From NCBI GenBank assembly GCA_900088475.1, contig FLMG01000462.1, positions 1 through 41,625 on the forward strand: a DNA stretch of 41,625 nucleotides. Direction: 5' to 3'. The notes below the pieces were generated by a model. That model did not search any database and had not been told where the DNA came from. It was given only the letters and a program-made list of their open reading frames with translations. The stretch comes from Hyphochytrium catenoides. Lineage: Eukaryota; Protista; Hyphochytriomycota. Shown here one piece after another: positions 12,601 through 24,696 of this stretch. Within the stretch, counting starts at the first letter, position 1; each line of letters begins with the position of its first letter. Made by a program: the position numbers and the translations under genes.

Positions 12601-13025
12601 ACAAGGAAGAAGGAACTCCCAGAAGCTCCAAAGGCTGAAAGGGTGATAGAAGGACAGTTGGAAGAGTGAAGATCAAGCGCCCGGTAAATCGGGTGGCGGC
12701 CACGAATACGTAGGTGACGAAGCTACTGGGACTGAGGAAATGTTCAGCATAATGCAAGCTTCATCTCACCGAAAGGAGTCGGCAAGGCATCAACCATGTC
12801 CACCTTTACATCCGGGTGGTCCTTTAGCAAGTACTTCGCCGCATAAAAGCCCGAAGGTCCAGAGCCCACGATACAGACGCGCTCAAGCTTCCTTTCTCCA
12901 TCGCTAGAGACAGAGAAGAAGCGGAATGGACCCTGCCGCACCCAGAGCCTTGTTTTATCCTTCACTCGCCAACGAACTGGCTGTGTGATAGACGCTGTCC
13001 GGAGTAAAGCAGCGGTAGACCTCAT
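9668..13025 (-). CDS. FDXR: NADPH:adrenodoxin oxidoreductase (mitochondrial-type ferredoxin reductase), 9 exons
   Basis: FAD-binding [14 protein letters not shown]; PTPFG|[16 protein letters not shown]; [16 protein letters not shown]; NADP-binding [11 protein letters not shown] (GxGxxA); [18 protein letters not shown]; KSIG|YKS; [17 protein letters not shown]; GKPREKV. The Arg/Ser/Thr-rich N-terminus ([20 protein letters not shown]) resembles a mitochondrial presequence. All junctions are GT-AG and phase-consistent. Confidence 0.96.
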
Positions 13026-13578
13026 CTTTCCCGCGCGCCCTTATGGCCCTCCAAGAGACCCTTGCTATGTCTCAATCAAGCTTCTTGGGCTTTAACGCTG
13101 ACCGCTAGTTCACAGCGGCATGAGCTGTAGAGGCTGCTGGCTCTGTGGACTGCCACCAGGCACTGGCTCATGAAGAGCTTGCGTTGTTGCTTTCTGAGGC
13201 GTTCACTGCCTTTATAAAACTCTTGTTTACGAGGTTCTGAGCGTGTCCAAGTCCCCAGAAGTCCAGCCAAAACCAGCCTAATTTCCTTCCCGAAGGTAAA
13301 CTCAAGTTATAATCGTGTAATCGGACGTTACGTCAAAAGGTTCTTAAGAAACATTGATACGGTTCTCTTACTGGAGCTATTTTAGGCCACTACCCTCATG
13401 AAGACGTTAAAGTTGGATTACATGAGGGAAGAGAAGAAGAAAGTGATCGTAGATTCGGTAGTGTCATGCAGAGTGAATGTCTAAGTGCGCCTAAGGACCA
13501 AGCCTTGAAGCCTTGTGGTCCGCCGTCTCACTGTCAGGTCGTCAAGCTTATAGCGCAGCTACGTTCTAATCCCTCTGC

Positions 13579-13619
13579 CAAGCTCAGGCTTGCTATTCAA
13601 GCTCAGGCTTGCTATTCAA
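13579..13619. repeat. 19-bp tandem duplication (caagctcaggcttgctatt)x2 with internal dyad CAAGC-tcag-GCTTG
   Basis: Exact copies at 13579-13597 and 13598-13616, plus a trailing caa. Confidence 0.9.
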
Positions 13620-14169
13620 TGGTACGCTGTGCTCATGGCAATCGGAGCTGTAAGAGACGTCATGTCATCGGAAGAGCATGTTGCTTCTCGACAACGAGCT
13701 TCAGTGGACAGACGGCCACGGATCTGAAGGTCGGTAGCCACAGGAGATGAGAAGGGAGAGGGATATGTCTTTTCAACTTTAAATCTTGTCGTTGTCACCG
13801 TTCACAGCCTTCACGATGCCAAGAAGAGCTCTTCCATGGTACCCGCAGCATCTACATCAAGCTGGGCTACACCAACCTAACTAATTCGCTTACTTCATCT
13901 ACGTTGTGACATCATTCAGCTGCAGGAGGCGAGCAAACCAGGACATTAAAAGTATGTAATAGCGAACGATCAGTGAACGGAGAGGAGGTCCACACCGTCA
14001 CAATGAAAAGTGATGGCTCCTAATCTTCTGAGACATAAGGACTGTTAATAAGCCTCCTGCGCCAAAGAACCCTATGCTCTTCTAGATGGTAAGTCCTAGC
14101 TTACACATAGCCGTGTTGGATCTGACGGCTTCGTCCTATAAATCATCTCCTTGCTTGGGTTACTAGTGC

Positions 14170-15270
14170 TTAGACTGGCGCTACACGATATCCGTCTTGA
14201 TTGTCCAGCTCATCACTTTGCGGCAAAGAGGTTGGAGCGTCGACCAGAAGTGGCGGCGGATTGGGAGAGCTAACATACATATAGCGCAAACCATGGTATT
14301 CCGGTACTGGACATCGGAACACTTCGAAGATTCTGAAGACTGAAAGACGAGTCCTTTCCGTCCAATGAGTGTCTTCTTCCATCTCTTGCTTCTTCTCGCG
14401 TTCAGGCTCTTCCCCCTCCAACAACCCATGTTTCGCGATAGCGGGTGTGCAAGAGAGGGCAATCTCCTTACTATGAGAGTGGAACTGTCTCCCGTGAAAA
14501 ACAGAGTGAAACCAGAAACTTAAGAGAAAGCACTCACCCATGACGACGAGGTAGTAGATATATAACGCACTGTCGTCTGGTGCTTCCTCCACCGCATTGA
14601 AGATAATGGACTGAATAATCGGAAGCCAGATAATCACCTTCACTGCCAAGAACTTCATCTCCAGGCCAAAGCACGATAGAAGCGCCTCTTTCGCTCGAAA
14701 GTAAGCCCGCAGTAGGCCGTAGGCAACCATCACCGTGGTGAGGACTCGTACAGCTGCCGCTACCTTGCCGAGTTTATGCGCTGTGGCGGACTCGGCCTCC
14801 TCAAGGAACGTCTCTATAAGCTCTATGACAGGCTTGCTGATGATCCACTGCGCGATAAGGATTTGGCAGACCCTGTACTCTTTCTCTGGCGATGAGAATC
14901 GCTTCTTCATAAGGAACTTGGGCTTCAGAGGTTTGTTCGGATCACAGCTGGCTATAAGCGCCACCATGTTCTTGGTGCCTCCTACGTGTGCCACAAGAAC
15001 GTACCAGAAGGAGTAGACCGTGTAGCCCTCTAGAAATCCCATGACCACAGAGCTCACAAGCAAAATCTCCTTGTTAGCTTCTATCTGCAGCAAGTAAGCG
15101 AGAGAGAAGATGGCTGTGATGAAGAGTATTGCCACCATGCGCATGTAGATATTTTGAATGACTGGTGCTACATAGCTTCGCAAGTGAGAGATGACAGTGA
15201 GACCGAAAACGACCGCAATGGTGCCGAACATCGCAGACCCTGCGATGATCACAGCTACTTTGAATGTCAT
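14170..15270 (-). CDS. Organic solute transporter alpha / TMEM184-family multi-pass membrane protein, 366 aa, intronless
   Basis: About 7 hydrophobic segments. Family-like motifs: IYMRMVAILFITAIFS, EGYTVYSFWYVLVAHVGG, QWIISKPV, KFLAVKVIIWLPIIQSIIF, VMGECFLLSFWFHSVF. Confidence 0.85.
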   Translation of the reverse strand: MTFKVAVIIAGSAMFGTIAVVFGLTVISHLRSYVAPVIQNIYMRMVAILFITAIFSLAYLLQIEANKEILLVSSVVMGFLEGYTVYSFWYVLVAHVGGTKNMVALIASCDPNKPLKPKFLMKKRFSSPEKEYRVCQILIAQWIISKPVIELIETFLEEAESATAHKLGKVAAAVRVLTTVMVAYGLLRAYFRAKEALLSCFGLEMKFLAVKVIIWLPIIQSIIFNAVEEAPDDSALYIYYLVVMGECFLLSFWFHSVFHGRQFHSHSKEIALSCTPAIAKHGLLEGEEPEREKKQEMEEDTHWTERTRLSVFRIFEVFRCPVPEYHGLRYMYVSSPNPPPLLVDAPTSLPQSDELDNQDGYRVAPV

Positions 15271-16864
15271 CTCGCCTTTGAATAGAAGCTCACAGACGCT
15301 TCGAAGAGCAATGTTCTCACGACCACGAAGTCGTAGTTGTGAGCATTAACGGTTTCTTTGCGGTCTTCCAGAAGCAACGTGTAAGCCGTTCAGTCTAAGG
15401 GGAGGGATACCTCGGAGAAGGATGTAGAGATGACTGTAAGGAAGCAATGATCTGACTTCTCTCTTCAGGGATGAGTCTCTCCCGCTGCGTTTATAAGATA
15501 GAGCAGAGAAAAAGGAATCAGTTTATGCGGTCATCCGCTCTTAAGCACAGCGGGACGGCAGATTCTTGTGTCAACTAACACCAAGGCCGCCCAGATCATG
15601 ACGGAGCGCGACGGACGGGAAGTCGAGGTGGGAGGTGCCTTTACAGCAGAAGTCGTCATCAGGAGCCATCATCACGCAGCGAGGAAGGGTCCATTGTTAC
15701 CCAACTAGTACTACCTGTCCAAAGCCAACTAGGAGCTCTTTCCTCCTAGGAACTACTTGACATTTCTTCGTGGTTTTCTTCATATACTCTAACGACCGCC
15801 AAGCTAGTGCAGGAGAGACAGGCAGTCTTAGTAGCAGCAATCCAGAACAAAAGGAGAAACCTTTGAAAATGGATAGAGAAAGAGCAGGAGGAAGAGGAAA
15901 AGGAAAGGTCAATCGACAACCGGCGAGAGAGACGGGAAGAAACATCGGTGAACGAGAAAGATGGGGACAAGAAGAAGGGATGTCTTTAGCCTGCTATTAC
16001 TATGGCATCTTCTGCAAGTGCAGGTGTGCTTCTGATGATGGGTCCTCCCTGGGTCTTGGCTCTCATTGAACCTGTCCACCACTTCCTAGGCGAAGGTCAA
16101 CCTTCTTGAGGTGTCTGTCTGTCATTTCTGGTGATTGAGGCCAACAGCATTGGTCCTTTATGAGGACCGACCGGACTGCGTGGACATCAAACATCCGTTA
16201 CTGAAACCTCACAAACTGGCCTCACATCACTCCATCCTCCAGCCTCTCTTACTGTTAGCGCCTCTTCAATTATAAGTCTGCTACCTCAACATGCGCCGCC
16301 TTCCAAGACCTTGTGTATGAACCTTACAATCCCAACGGCTCATCCTTCGCCGCATCAGGTGCCCTGTATGTATGTTGTCGTGTTTGCTGTACACCTTCAG
16401 TACGTTGCCTTTGAACGTTGATAATCTATGTATGATTCCTAATTTGATAAGGAATCAGTAACCTCTCCTTCAAGTTTGATGGCAATTCTAGAAATCAAAA
16501 ATAAGCGCAGATTTCTCATCTACTGTAGGATAATCTTTGGGACCTGGGGGGAAATCCATTTGGCGGGAGGAGAAAGAGTTCTGAAGTGAAGGCGCTGGGC
16601 CGCGCTCATTGACAACAGCCAACAGCCGCTGCTGGAGCTGCAATGACAGGAAGATCTGGAGCCCAAGGCCTGCGCAGTAGCAGTGAGACACCTTTGCTTT
16701 GATCGCTCAGCTAGCAGGGCGCACTTGAAGAGGGTAGAAGCCGATGTGCAGCCCACAACCGGCATTAGAGGATTTATCGCTAGTCGGCCCCATTTTTGCC
16801 ATAGTAGTAGCAATGGAGCACAGCATCTCGTGTTAGAGAAACTTCGCCGTCTGGGCCAAAAGAC

Positions 16865-16878
16865 ATATATATATATAT
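16865..16878 (+). repeat. (AT)7 tract ~55 nt upstream of the HIRA ATG (possible TATA-like element)
   Basis: atatatatatatat. It is the only long AT dinucleotide run I noticed in the window. The promoter role is inference. Confidence 0.5.
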
Positions 16879-16932
16879 CCTTTCAGAGATTGGGGGGGCT
16901 CCATCGCTCATCCACGTTGAAGAACTGCCATC

Positions 16933-19900
16933 ATGAAGATATTAAAGCCTCAATGGGTCTATCATGCCACCGACGAAGAGAAAAGTAAGCCTTGCTTCCC
17001 GTTCACCTACCGAACCGTCTTTCACTCTCGTACATCGTAGGAGGAGCCGGAGCCATCTACGGAGTGGACTTAGATCCCTCGGGCAAGAGATTTGCAACCG
17101 GAGGCGGCGGTAAGGTTGCGGCCCCTTCACATGTGACGTAATCGCCTAATTTTGTCCCTCTTAGACAATGCTGTCCGACTCTGGGCACTGTCTCCGGTTC
17201 TCTCTGAGGCCGATGAAGCGGACTCAACCAAGCCAAAGCTTCTGGCGACCATCAGAGACCACCAGTCCTCGGTCAATGCAGTTCGCTGGTCTCATAATGG
17301 CAGGTATAGACGTGCCTCCCAAGCGTCCATGACTCCTTCCTCGTCATCTGTACACAGTCCAACACTCCTAAACGCGACAGATTCCTAGCGTCCTCTTCAG
17401 ATGACCATCTAGTCATGGTTTATGAACAGAAGCCAGGCCCGCCGGTGAGTGCCACCTTTTCTGGGTATTCCTCCCTGTAACACTTACCCACACTCCTCGA
17501 TCTAAGCCTTTCTTCTTGTGCGTAACGGTAACTGTGTCAGAGAGAGAACAAGGAGAGGGAAGCCATTAGGCTGGAGAATGACGATATGTAGGCAGAGAAA
17601 TGAGTGTGGGATGTGCAGTATGAGGGAAGAGTTGATGAAAGGTGCCATCTAACCCTCCTCCTTGCAATCCCCGAAGCCTCCTAAAGCCTTTGGCTCAGAT
17701 GATGCAGATAACGTTGAACACTGGGGCAGGCGAAGCGTCTTGCGTGGACACAATATGGGTATTGGGGCCCCACTCTTCTCCTTCCACAGTCATTATTCCC
17801 ACTCTGACCAGTACCTTCTCTCTCTGAAGATTCCCTTAATCCTTTTTCCTTCAAGGTCCTAGGGCCGCTTAATATTCTATACACTTTCTCGTACCTACTC
17901 TTCACGAATGTTAGTCGGCATTTTCACCTTCTGACGTACCTTGACCTACCGCAAGGCTTACCTTACGTTGATGTTCTCTGCCAGATGTCGTGGATATCGC
18001 GTGGTCTCCCGATGACCTAAAGCTGGCGTCTTGCAGCATTGACAATACTATTTGCATATGGGCAATGGATGACGCAAGCTCGAGGAATCCTTTCTCTGCG
18101 CCCCTTCATACCCTGAAAGGGCATAACAGCTGGGTAAAAGGGGTTGTCTGGGATCCCGTAGGAAAGGTAAGGTAACTCGACACTTAGTGAAGTTTGCTTG
18201 CCTCGCGAATCAGTGTTCCCTCGATACTGAAAGCAAACAACAACGATTCAGCTGAACCCTCGTGCCGAACAGTAGTCTCAAGCCTACGGAGCTAACCGCT
18301 ACCTTTCTCTACTTCGCAGTACTTGGCAACGGCGGGAGAGGATAAGGCTCTCATTTTTTGGAGAGTAGAAGATTGGCAGGTGATAGAGGACTGACTCGCC
18401 TGAAGCAGATGGAGTGTGATCGTGCGTGTTCTCTGACTCTCGTCGTCTGAATCCTACATTATGGCTCTAAATCCTCTGACAGGAAGAGATCCGGATAGAA
18501 GAGCCTTTCCTTAAAGGGTCAGCTAGCTCCCACTTCAGGCGCTTGTCGTGGTCTCCAGATGGGATCAGTATTTGTGCCACTCACGCTTTCAAGGTAACAA
18601 GGCTTCTTGGTCTTTCGTATTGTCGTCCTATAGTCTCACTTTGTCGATCTGACCGCGGGAAGATATTCCTCCTTCATCTTCCTATCCCGTATACTGTTGC
18701 CTAATGTCTTCTCCTTCAGCTCCTATCTCAACCGTTCTTCTTCTCTCGGTATTGCGGCACTTCCTTACCAAATCACGCTATGCATAGTCGAAGCAGAATG
18801 TTGCTGCCATCATAGAGAGAGGAAGCTGGAGCAATGACGTCGACTTTGTGGGCCATCGCTCGCCTGTAGCAGCTGCCCGCTTCAACCCTCGCATTTTCTG
18901 TAGGCACCTTCTTTCTCTATCGCTAAACTGTTTGATCAAATATCCTTCCGAAATCGTTCTAGCCTGTCCTCGACGTCTGCCTTATGACAGCTCGCCGATA
19001 ACTTGGGGCATTTTCCCTCTTTTATTATGTGTCCTTAACCTTGTCGTTTTGCTCTCCCTATATCTAGTGAAGAAGCCTCTAAAGACTGAGATTAGTAGTG
19101 AGACCAAGGTTTTCTCATGCTGCGCTATTGGCTCGTACGATTGCTCCATCAGTATCTGGGCCTCTCACAGCGGCCGGCCCATCGCAGTTCTTCGGGACTG
19201 TTTCGATTCTGCGGTGGTTGATATTTCTTGGTAAGAGAGTTGGGAAAACGATCCGTAAAACTTTCTTCTCAGCTCTTTGGTCTTTCTCTTATTGCAAACA
19301 AGCTCAATCTGAGACTGACTCCATGCACAGGAGCCGTGACGGGTTCACCATGATTGCCTGCTCCTTGGATGGGTCGGTTTGCGCATTCATGGTAGGTGTA
19401 CTCGTTCGCTACCTCACAGTAGTTCATTCGACCTGCATCTCCTTGCCCACGAGTACCTGGTTGCCGTTAGCTAACTAGCATCAAGTAATCCTTCTGAACT
19501 GTTGGAACTGTATAAACTTACGTTTTGTTTACTCCTCGCAATATTTTCGTTTCAGTTCGACTCTTCAGAGCTTGGCATCCCACTCTCAGATGATCAGCAG
19601 CACCGCTTCATGAGGAGCAAGGTACAGAAGAGTTCACGAAGCTATCTTTCCACGGTCCTCTCTCTCTCCTCTTTCAGGGAGATTTAAGGGTTTACTGTCT
19701 GTCCGAGCTATATCTAGCCTTAAAAGGAGCTTGCCTTTACCTACTGGACTCTATAGTTCCATTCTTGGCTTACTTATTTGACCCGTAGTACGGTGCAAAC
19801 ATTGGGGCGACATCCTCCTCAATTCTTATAGAGAATGCCAGCCAGCTGAGAGTGAGTTAGGTTCCATCTCTATGTTCCTCAATGCATGTTTCTTTTGTCT

Positions 19901-22900
19901 CTGTGCTTCCCCTCCACGCTTTAAATGTTAGGGCATTTATCTTTTGAGTTCTATCATGTCAACTTTTGAGTAAAGAAATGGGCGATTCCTTCTTGTCGGG
20001 ATCACCATTGTCTCTCTTTCAGTAGTTGACTCTGGCCGTCGATGGCTCAGCTCTCCAGGCTTGTACTCTGATCTTCCCCTGCATGTTATCTCTGGTGCTC
20101 ACTGCCTTGCCGTGCGATAGATGGAAGCGGCAGGGAAGGCAGTAAAGAGGAAGATCACGGACATAATGCCGCAGGGTCCCCACACCCCTCCACGCGTCAT
20201 TGCACAGACCATCAGCGTCATGAAAGGAGGCAAGAAGCGGATAACCCCAGCGTTGATCACAGGGTCAGACTTCTCGTGGTGCTTCTACTACTTCTTTGCT
20301 GCTAACAATTCTTCTAACAATCGACGGACTGGGATATCTGGCTGCAATATTTGCTCTACCATAACTCCCTGTCGAATAAATTTTCTTCCATAGCGGGCGC
20401 GTCTCTTTCCTTCAGTGTGCTTCCTCTCTTATATACTGGCACTCGATCTCTTCTTTTTCCATTCTCTTATCGGCCTACTCTTCTTAGCTGATACCTCTCT
20501 TGGTTTCCAGGCCGCAAGCAGGGTATGGAGTGTCCAGTCCTGGCCTTCTTTCCTCAAGAATGGAGGGAGGCAGGGATCCTAGTTCAGTCAGCTCTTCTTC
20601 GCCGCCTCTTTCTCTGGCAAGGCAGGTGCCTACTGCTAATCCTGTGAAAAGGACAGTCTCTACGAAGTATGTTAATGTTCCAGTTTATCGGCTAGGAGAG
20701 GACCCACAACTCGTCCCTCTCTTCTCGCTCCCCGTCCTGAACCACGGGGCTTCTCATTCCTCTTTCCTCCGTTTCAAACTGGGTGAAGACGTCTTTGTCC
20801 CTCTCTTGCCCACATCGTGCGGGCCTGAGGCTGCCAGTGATGTCGCATTATCCCCAATAGAAGAGAACGTCTCTCTGTCTGGTCATGTATCTCTCCAGTA
20901 TAAGGTGCATCTTCCTCAAGAGGGAGAAGAGGGAAGAGAGGCACTTCCGGTTGTGAGCACTGTGAGCTGCATCGTGTCCTCCCCTACCCTGTCTCTCCCT
21001 CCCCCTCCCTCTACAGCGGGGAATGGCTCTACGGCAGGTTCTGAGGGAGGAGGAAGTAGAAAGAGCACCCTCCTATGGAAAGACAGAATACCAGGCAGAG
21101 CTTGCTGCTCTGTGGGGAACGCTAGCTTCATGGCTGTGGGCTGTACGGACGGAACCTTGTTTATTTATTCGGCGAGCGGCAGGAGACTTTTTCCAGCTAT
21201 TATCTTAGGTGACTCTCACATGCATGCCCTTCCTGTTGCTCTCTTTCTTCGCATTTCATGTTTGTGAACATTCTATAGTTGTTGCACGTTCTCCATCTCC
21301 TTCTTCTTTTCGCTCCTTTCCATCCTTTCTTATCCTTCAAACCTGCCAGACGTCATGGTTCTCACTCTGTCTCTCTCTCTCATTTTCTTCTACACAATTC
21401 GGCGGCTCCAATCATATTCTTCAGCGCTTTCCCAAGTTTCGAGAGACTCTGCTGTCTCTCGTGGGGCATCTTGTCATTCAGTCCCATCTCTTTCTGCAAC
21501 CTTGTTGCCCGGCACGCTTTCTCTCGCTCCTCTCCCTTGCAGTCCGGTTATCCCTGTCCCCTATTCCTTCCGCAGCTGACATGCCGGTGTTTCATGTAGG
21601 CGAACGCATCTCCTTTTTAGAGTGCTCTCCAGGCGCGTCTCCCTATCTCCTCGTGATCAAACAGTCAGGCGCGCTAATTTGCTGGGACCTTGCAAGACGG
21701 ACCACCGACTTATCCTGCTCACTTTCGCCCCTGCTCACGTCTGCACAGACAGGACTTCCTGCTACGGCTGGTATGTCACCAATTCCCTTTACGATCTCCC
21801 TCTCTTGTCACTGTCATGTTATTAGGTGATAGGGGCTCCATGACCGCTTCACTATCGTGTTTCTTGCGACGTCCATCATGCGCCTCAAAGCTCGCTTTAG
21901 CCCATCGTCGCATCTGCTACTTGAGACGCGACATGCCTTAATCTCCCTTGTACCTTACATTTCATCGTTCTCAATTATCCTTGAACGCCTTGTTCGCACC
22001 CAGGCCTGCAGAACGTTCAGGTTTCCGCCGTCTCTATAACCAGAAAGGGCATCCCGATAGTCACTCTGGCTGTTGGCAGCCCCGCCCATCCCGTCCTGAG
22101 ACAGCTCAACTCTTTCACCTACGATCGCGCCCTACAGAGCTGGCTTAGAGTTGCGGATCAGTCTTTTCTCTCTTCAGACTTCTTCTCCTCTCTCCCTCCG
22201 CGAACTTCAGGTCTTCTTCCCTCTGGTCCCCTTTCACGGTTGCAAGCAGCGGCAGCTATGTCTAGACTTAGGAGCCGCACTGCTCGTCTCTTGCTGATGG
22301 AAGACGATATGGAGATGCAGAAGGTGGTCACGCGGTCACACTTGGAGCACCAAGTGGCGGCTGCGCTCGCCCTGCAAAGTGAGAAAGAATATAAAGAATG
22401 GTGAGATATAGCTTTATTGCATTTAGAAGTTATATCTCGCTATCGTCTATCCCCTGCCTAAAACATTGCGCTCAACCACACTCTCTGGGTACCTACTTCC
22501 TGCCGGGACCCCATTTACATCCCTCTTCCCGTCATTGGGGGTCATTCTTACAAGGATCGTCTGCCTCTCTCCCTCTCATCTCTCTCCAGGCTGCTGATGT
22601 ATGTGAGGTATCTGGCCGAGGAGGAAGACATTCTTAGGCTCAGGGAACTATTTGATGACTTCACTGGACCACCGGAATGGTAGGTACCGTGAGCGCATTG
22701 CTGGGGAGGCATGAATAGTAGAGCTTAGGCGAAGGGGGAAGGAGACACGAGCCAAGCGTTAATAAGAGGGAATAGGGGAGAGAAAGGCAAGGGGGATACA
22801 GAGTGACATTTTGCACCGTGACGCAGTGACGCGGACAATTGGCACAGGTAGCAAAAAGTAACACGGTAGGAGCTAAAGCAAGGTTACAAGTTTGTCCTTT

Positions 22901-23460
22901 AGCCAAAAGGTGCAAGAAAGAAGAGGAAGCTTATGATAACGCAGGAGAGAAAGAAAGAAAGAAAAACAGAGAAAGAGAGAAGAGAAGAAAGTAGAGAGAG
23001 GGGGACTTAAAAGGATCGCTGAGGGTGAGTATTTCCTCCTCATTAACAACAGTTGTCTAGCCCTCCAGCACTTAAAGAAGCGGACGGAGAGAAGTCGTCA
23101 GAAGAGAAGGGAATATGGGAAGCGTCAGTTCTTGTAAGTTCTACCTCCGAGGTCACTACGTCGTCCTTTGACGCGCTTTTGGTCCTGTCCCTTCTTCTTT
23201 CTTAAGCCGTACTCCTTCTTTCCTCTTTTCCTTGATGTTGCCTTTCAAGCCGTTCCTTACGAGGAGTCTCTGCCTCTCTGTTACATGCCTGTCTCCGAAT
23301 CCTTGGTCTTGCTCAGGGCTTGGATAAGCGGGCTCTGTTGCGTGAAGAGCTCCTCCCTCTTTTGAGCACAAACAGACATCTACAGCGGCTCCTGCATGAG
23401 TATATGACGGCACTTGACGAATTGCCGCAAGAGCGTGCGACGGAGACGGCGGACATATAG
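16933..23460 (+). CDS. HIRA: Histone H3.3 chaperone HIRA (WD40 repeats, B-domain, C-terminal Hira domain), ~20 exons
   Basis: Spliced product starts MKILKPQWVYH...AIYGVDLDPSGKRFATGGGD. WD40 segments: HQSSVNAVRWS, LRGHNMDVVDIAWSPD, LKGHNSWVKGVVWDPVGKYLAT, FRRLSWSPDG, VVDISWSRDG. B-domain-like QTISVMKGGKKRITPALI; GRRLFPAIILG; TRSHLEHQVAAALALQSEKEYKEWLLMYVRYL. It ends WEASVL|GLDKRALLREELLPLLSTNRHLQRLL...ADI* (TAG 23458-23460). Confidence 0.96.
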
Positions 23461-24024
23461 ATTAGGCTCCTTACTTATTTATAATCAGATGCAAAAAGAA
23501 TGCTATGCATGATCGAGCCAAGGATGGAATGAGAGGTTGGATCCTACGACCTTACACAATCAGATAACAGGATCAATGAGTTCCTCCAGCAGGTGCTAGA
23601 AAGTGGAGCTCGTTAGCAAGCACGCTGAGGACGGCTAGACATGGGAGCTAGAGGAGCTCTTAACTAAAGAGTGCGCTGATGGATGCAAGAGGTCGGGAGG
23701 TACGATCGCTCGTCCTTTCTTCGCTTGAGTTATAAGAAGCTACAAAGAGGAAATATACGATTTAGGTTAAGTACTTAGTGGTTTCCTTCTAGCAGAAGGT
23801 TCGGGCGGAGACAAAGAGGAAGTCCTCTCATCTCCTCCTCCGTCTTCCATAAGCTATTGATCATTCTGTTATACAGCGGGGTTCTCAATACATAAATTGC
23901 CCCTATCTCCTAATCACTATGAGGAACAGAAGAGAGAAACTAGGAAAGCGAGGAAAGAGAAAGAACGCCCCACAAGAGAGAGAGAGTGAGAAAAAGAAGG
24001 TAAGAGAGAGAGCGGAAGGGAAGT

Positions 24025-24696
24025 CTACTTCTTCTTCTTTCCAGTCTTGCTCATGAGAGACTTGTGGATGTATGGAATGACACCACCACCGGCGATCGTA
24101 GCCTTGATCAATGTGTCAAGCTCTTCATCACCTCTGATGGCCAGCTGCAAATGTCTGGGTGTGATTCTCTTCACTTTAAGATCCTTTGAGGCATTGCCAG
24201 CCAATTCCAGCACTTCAGCAGTTAGGTACTCCAGGATGGCAGCAGCGTAGACAGCTGCTGTGGGCCCTACACGCTGACTGTGGGTCACTCTTGACTTCAG
24301 GAATCTGTGGATACGTCCGACTGGGAACTAGACAAAAAGCGGGTCTCGGTTAGGAGAATAGACATAAGAGGCTGCCATCAAGTCCAGAAGAGCACAGCTA
24401 TAAGAAGAGAGGGTGATGTGCGGAATTCAATATGATGAGCAAGGGCATGCTTGAGGCAGAGAAGCGCGTGTACCTGAAGCCCTGCTCTGCCAGATCTGGA
24501 CTGTGGAGCCTTCTTGGAGGTTGGAGCCTTGCCACCCTTGCCTCCCTTACCACCTTTGCCTCCCTTGCCTGCGCCTGACTGCTCAGCCGAGCGGAAGTTT
24601 GAGTGAGATGGGATATAAATAGTAAAAGTGAGAAGACTACAATGGAGGTGAAGTTGGGTCAACCAGAGCGTAAGCCATAGCACTGGGTCTTACCAT
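24025..24696 (-). CDS. H2AZ: Histone H2A.Z, 3 coding exons (24696-24694, 24578-24474, 24327-24025), 136 aa
   Basis: M|[35 protein letters not shown]|[114 protein letters not shown] and [10 protein letters not shown] are diagnostic for H2A.Z. Confidence 0.98.

Noticed and set aside
16488-16826. Minus-strand 113-codon frame with one in-frame TGA (16709-16707), divergent from HIRA: possible selenoprotein or readthrough
   Set aside because: No CxxU/UxxC-type context, no recognisable family, and no SECIS-like structure seen downstream. Such frames arise by chance.
23860-24024. Histone 3' stem-loop downstream of H2A.Z
   Set aside because: No matching hairpin seen. An intron-containing replacement variant is expected to be polyadenylated.
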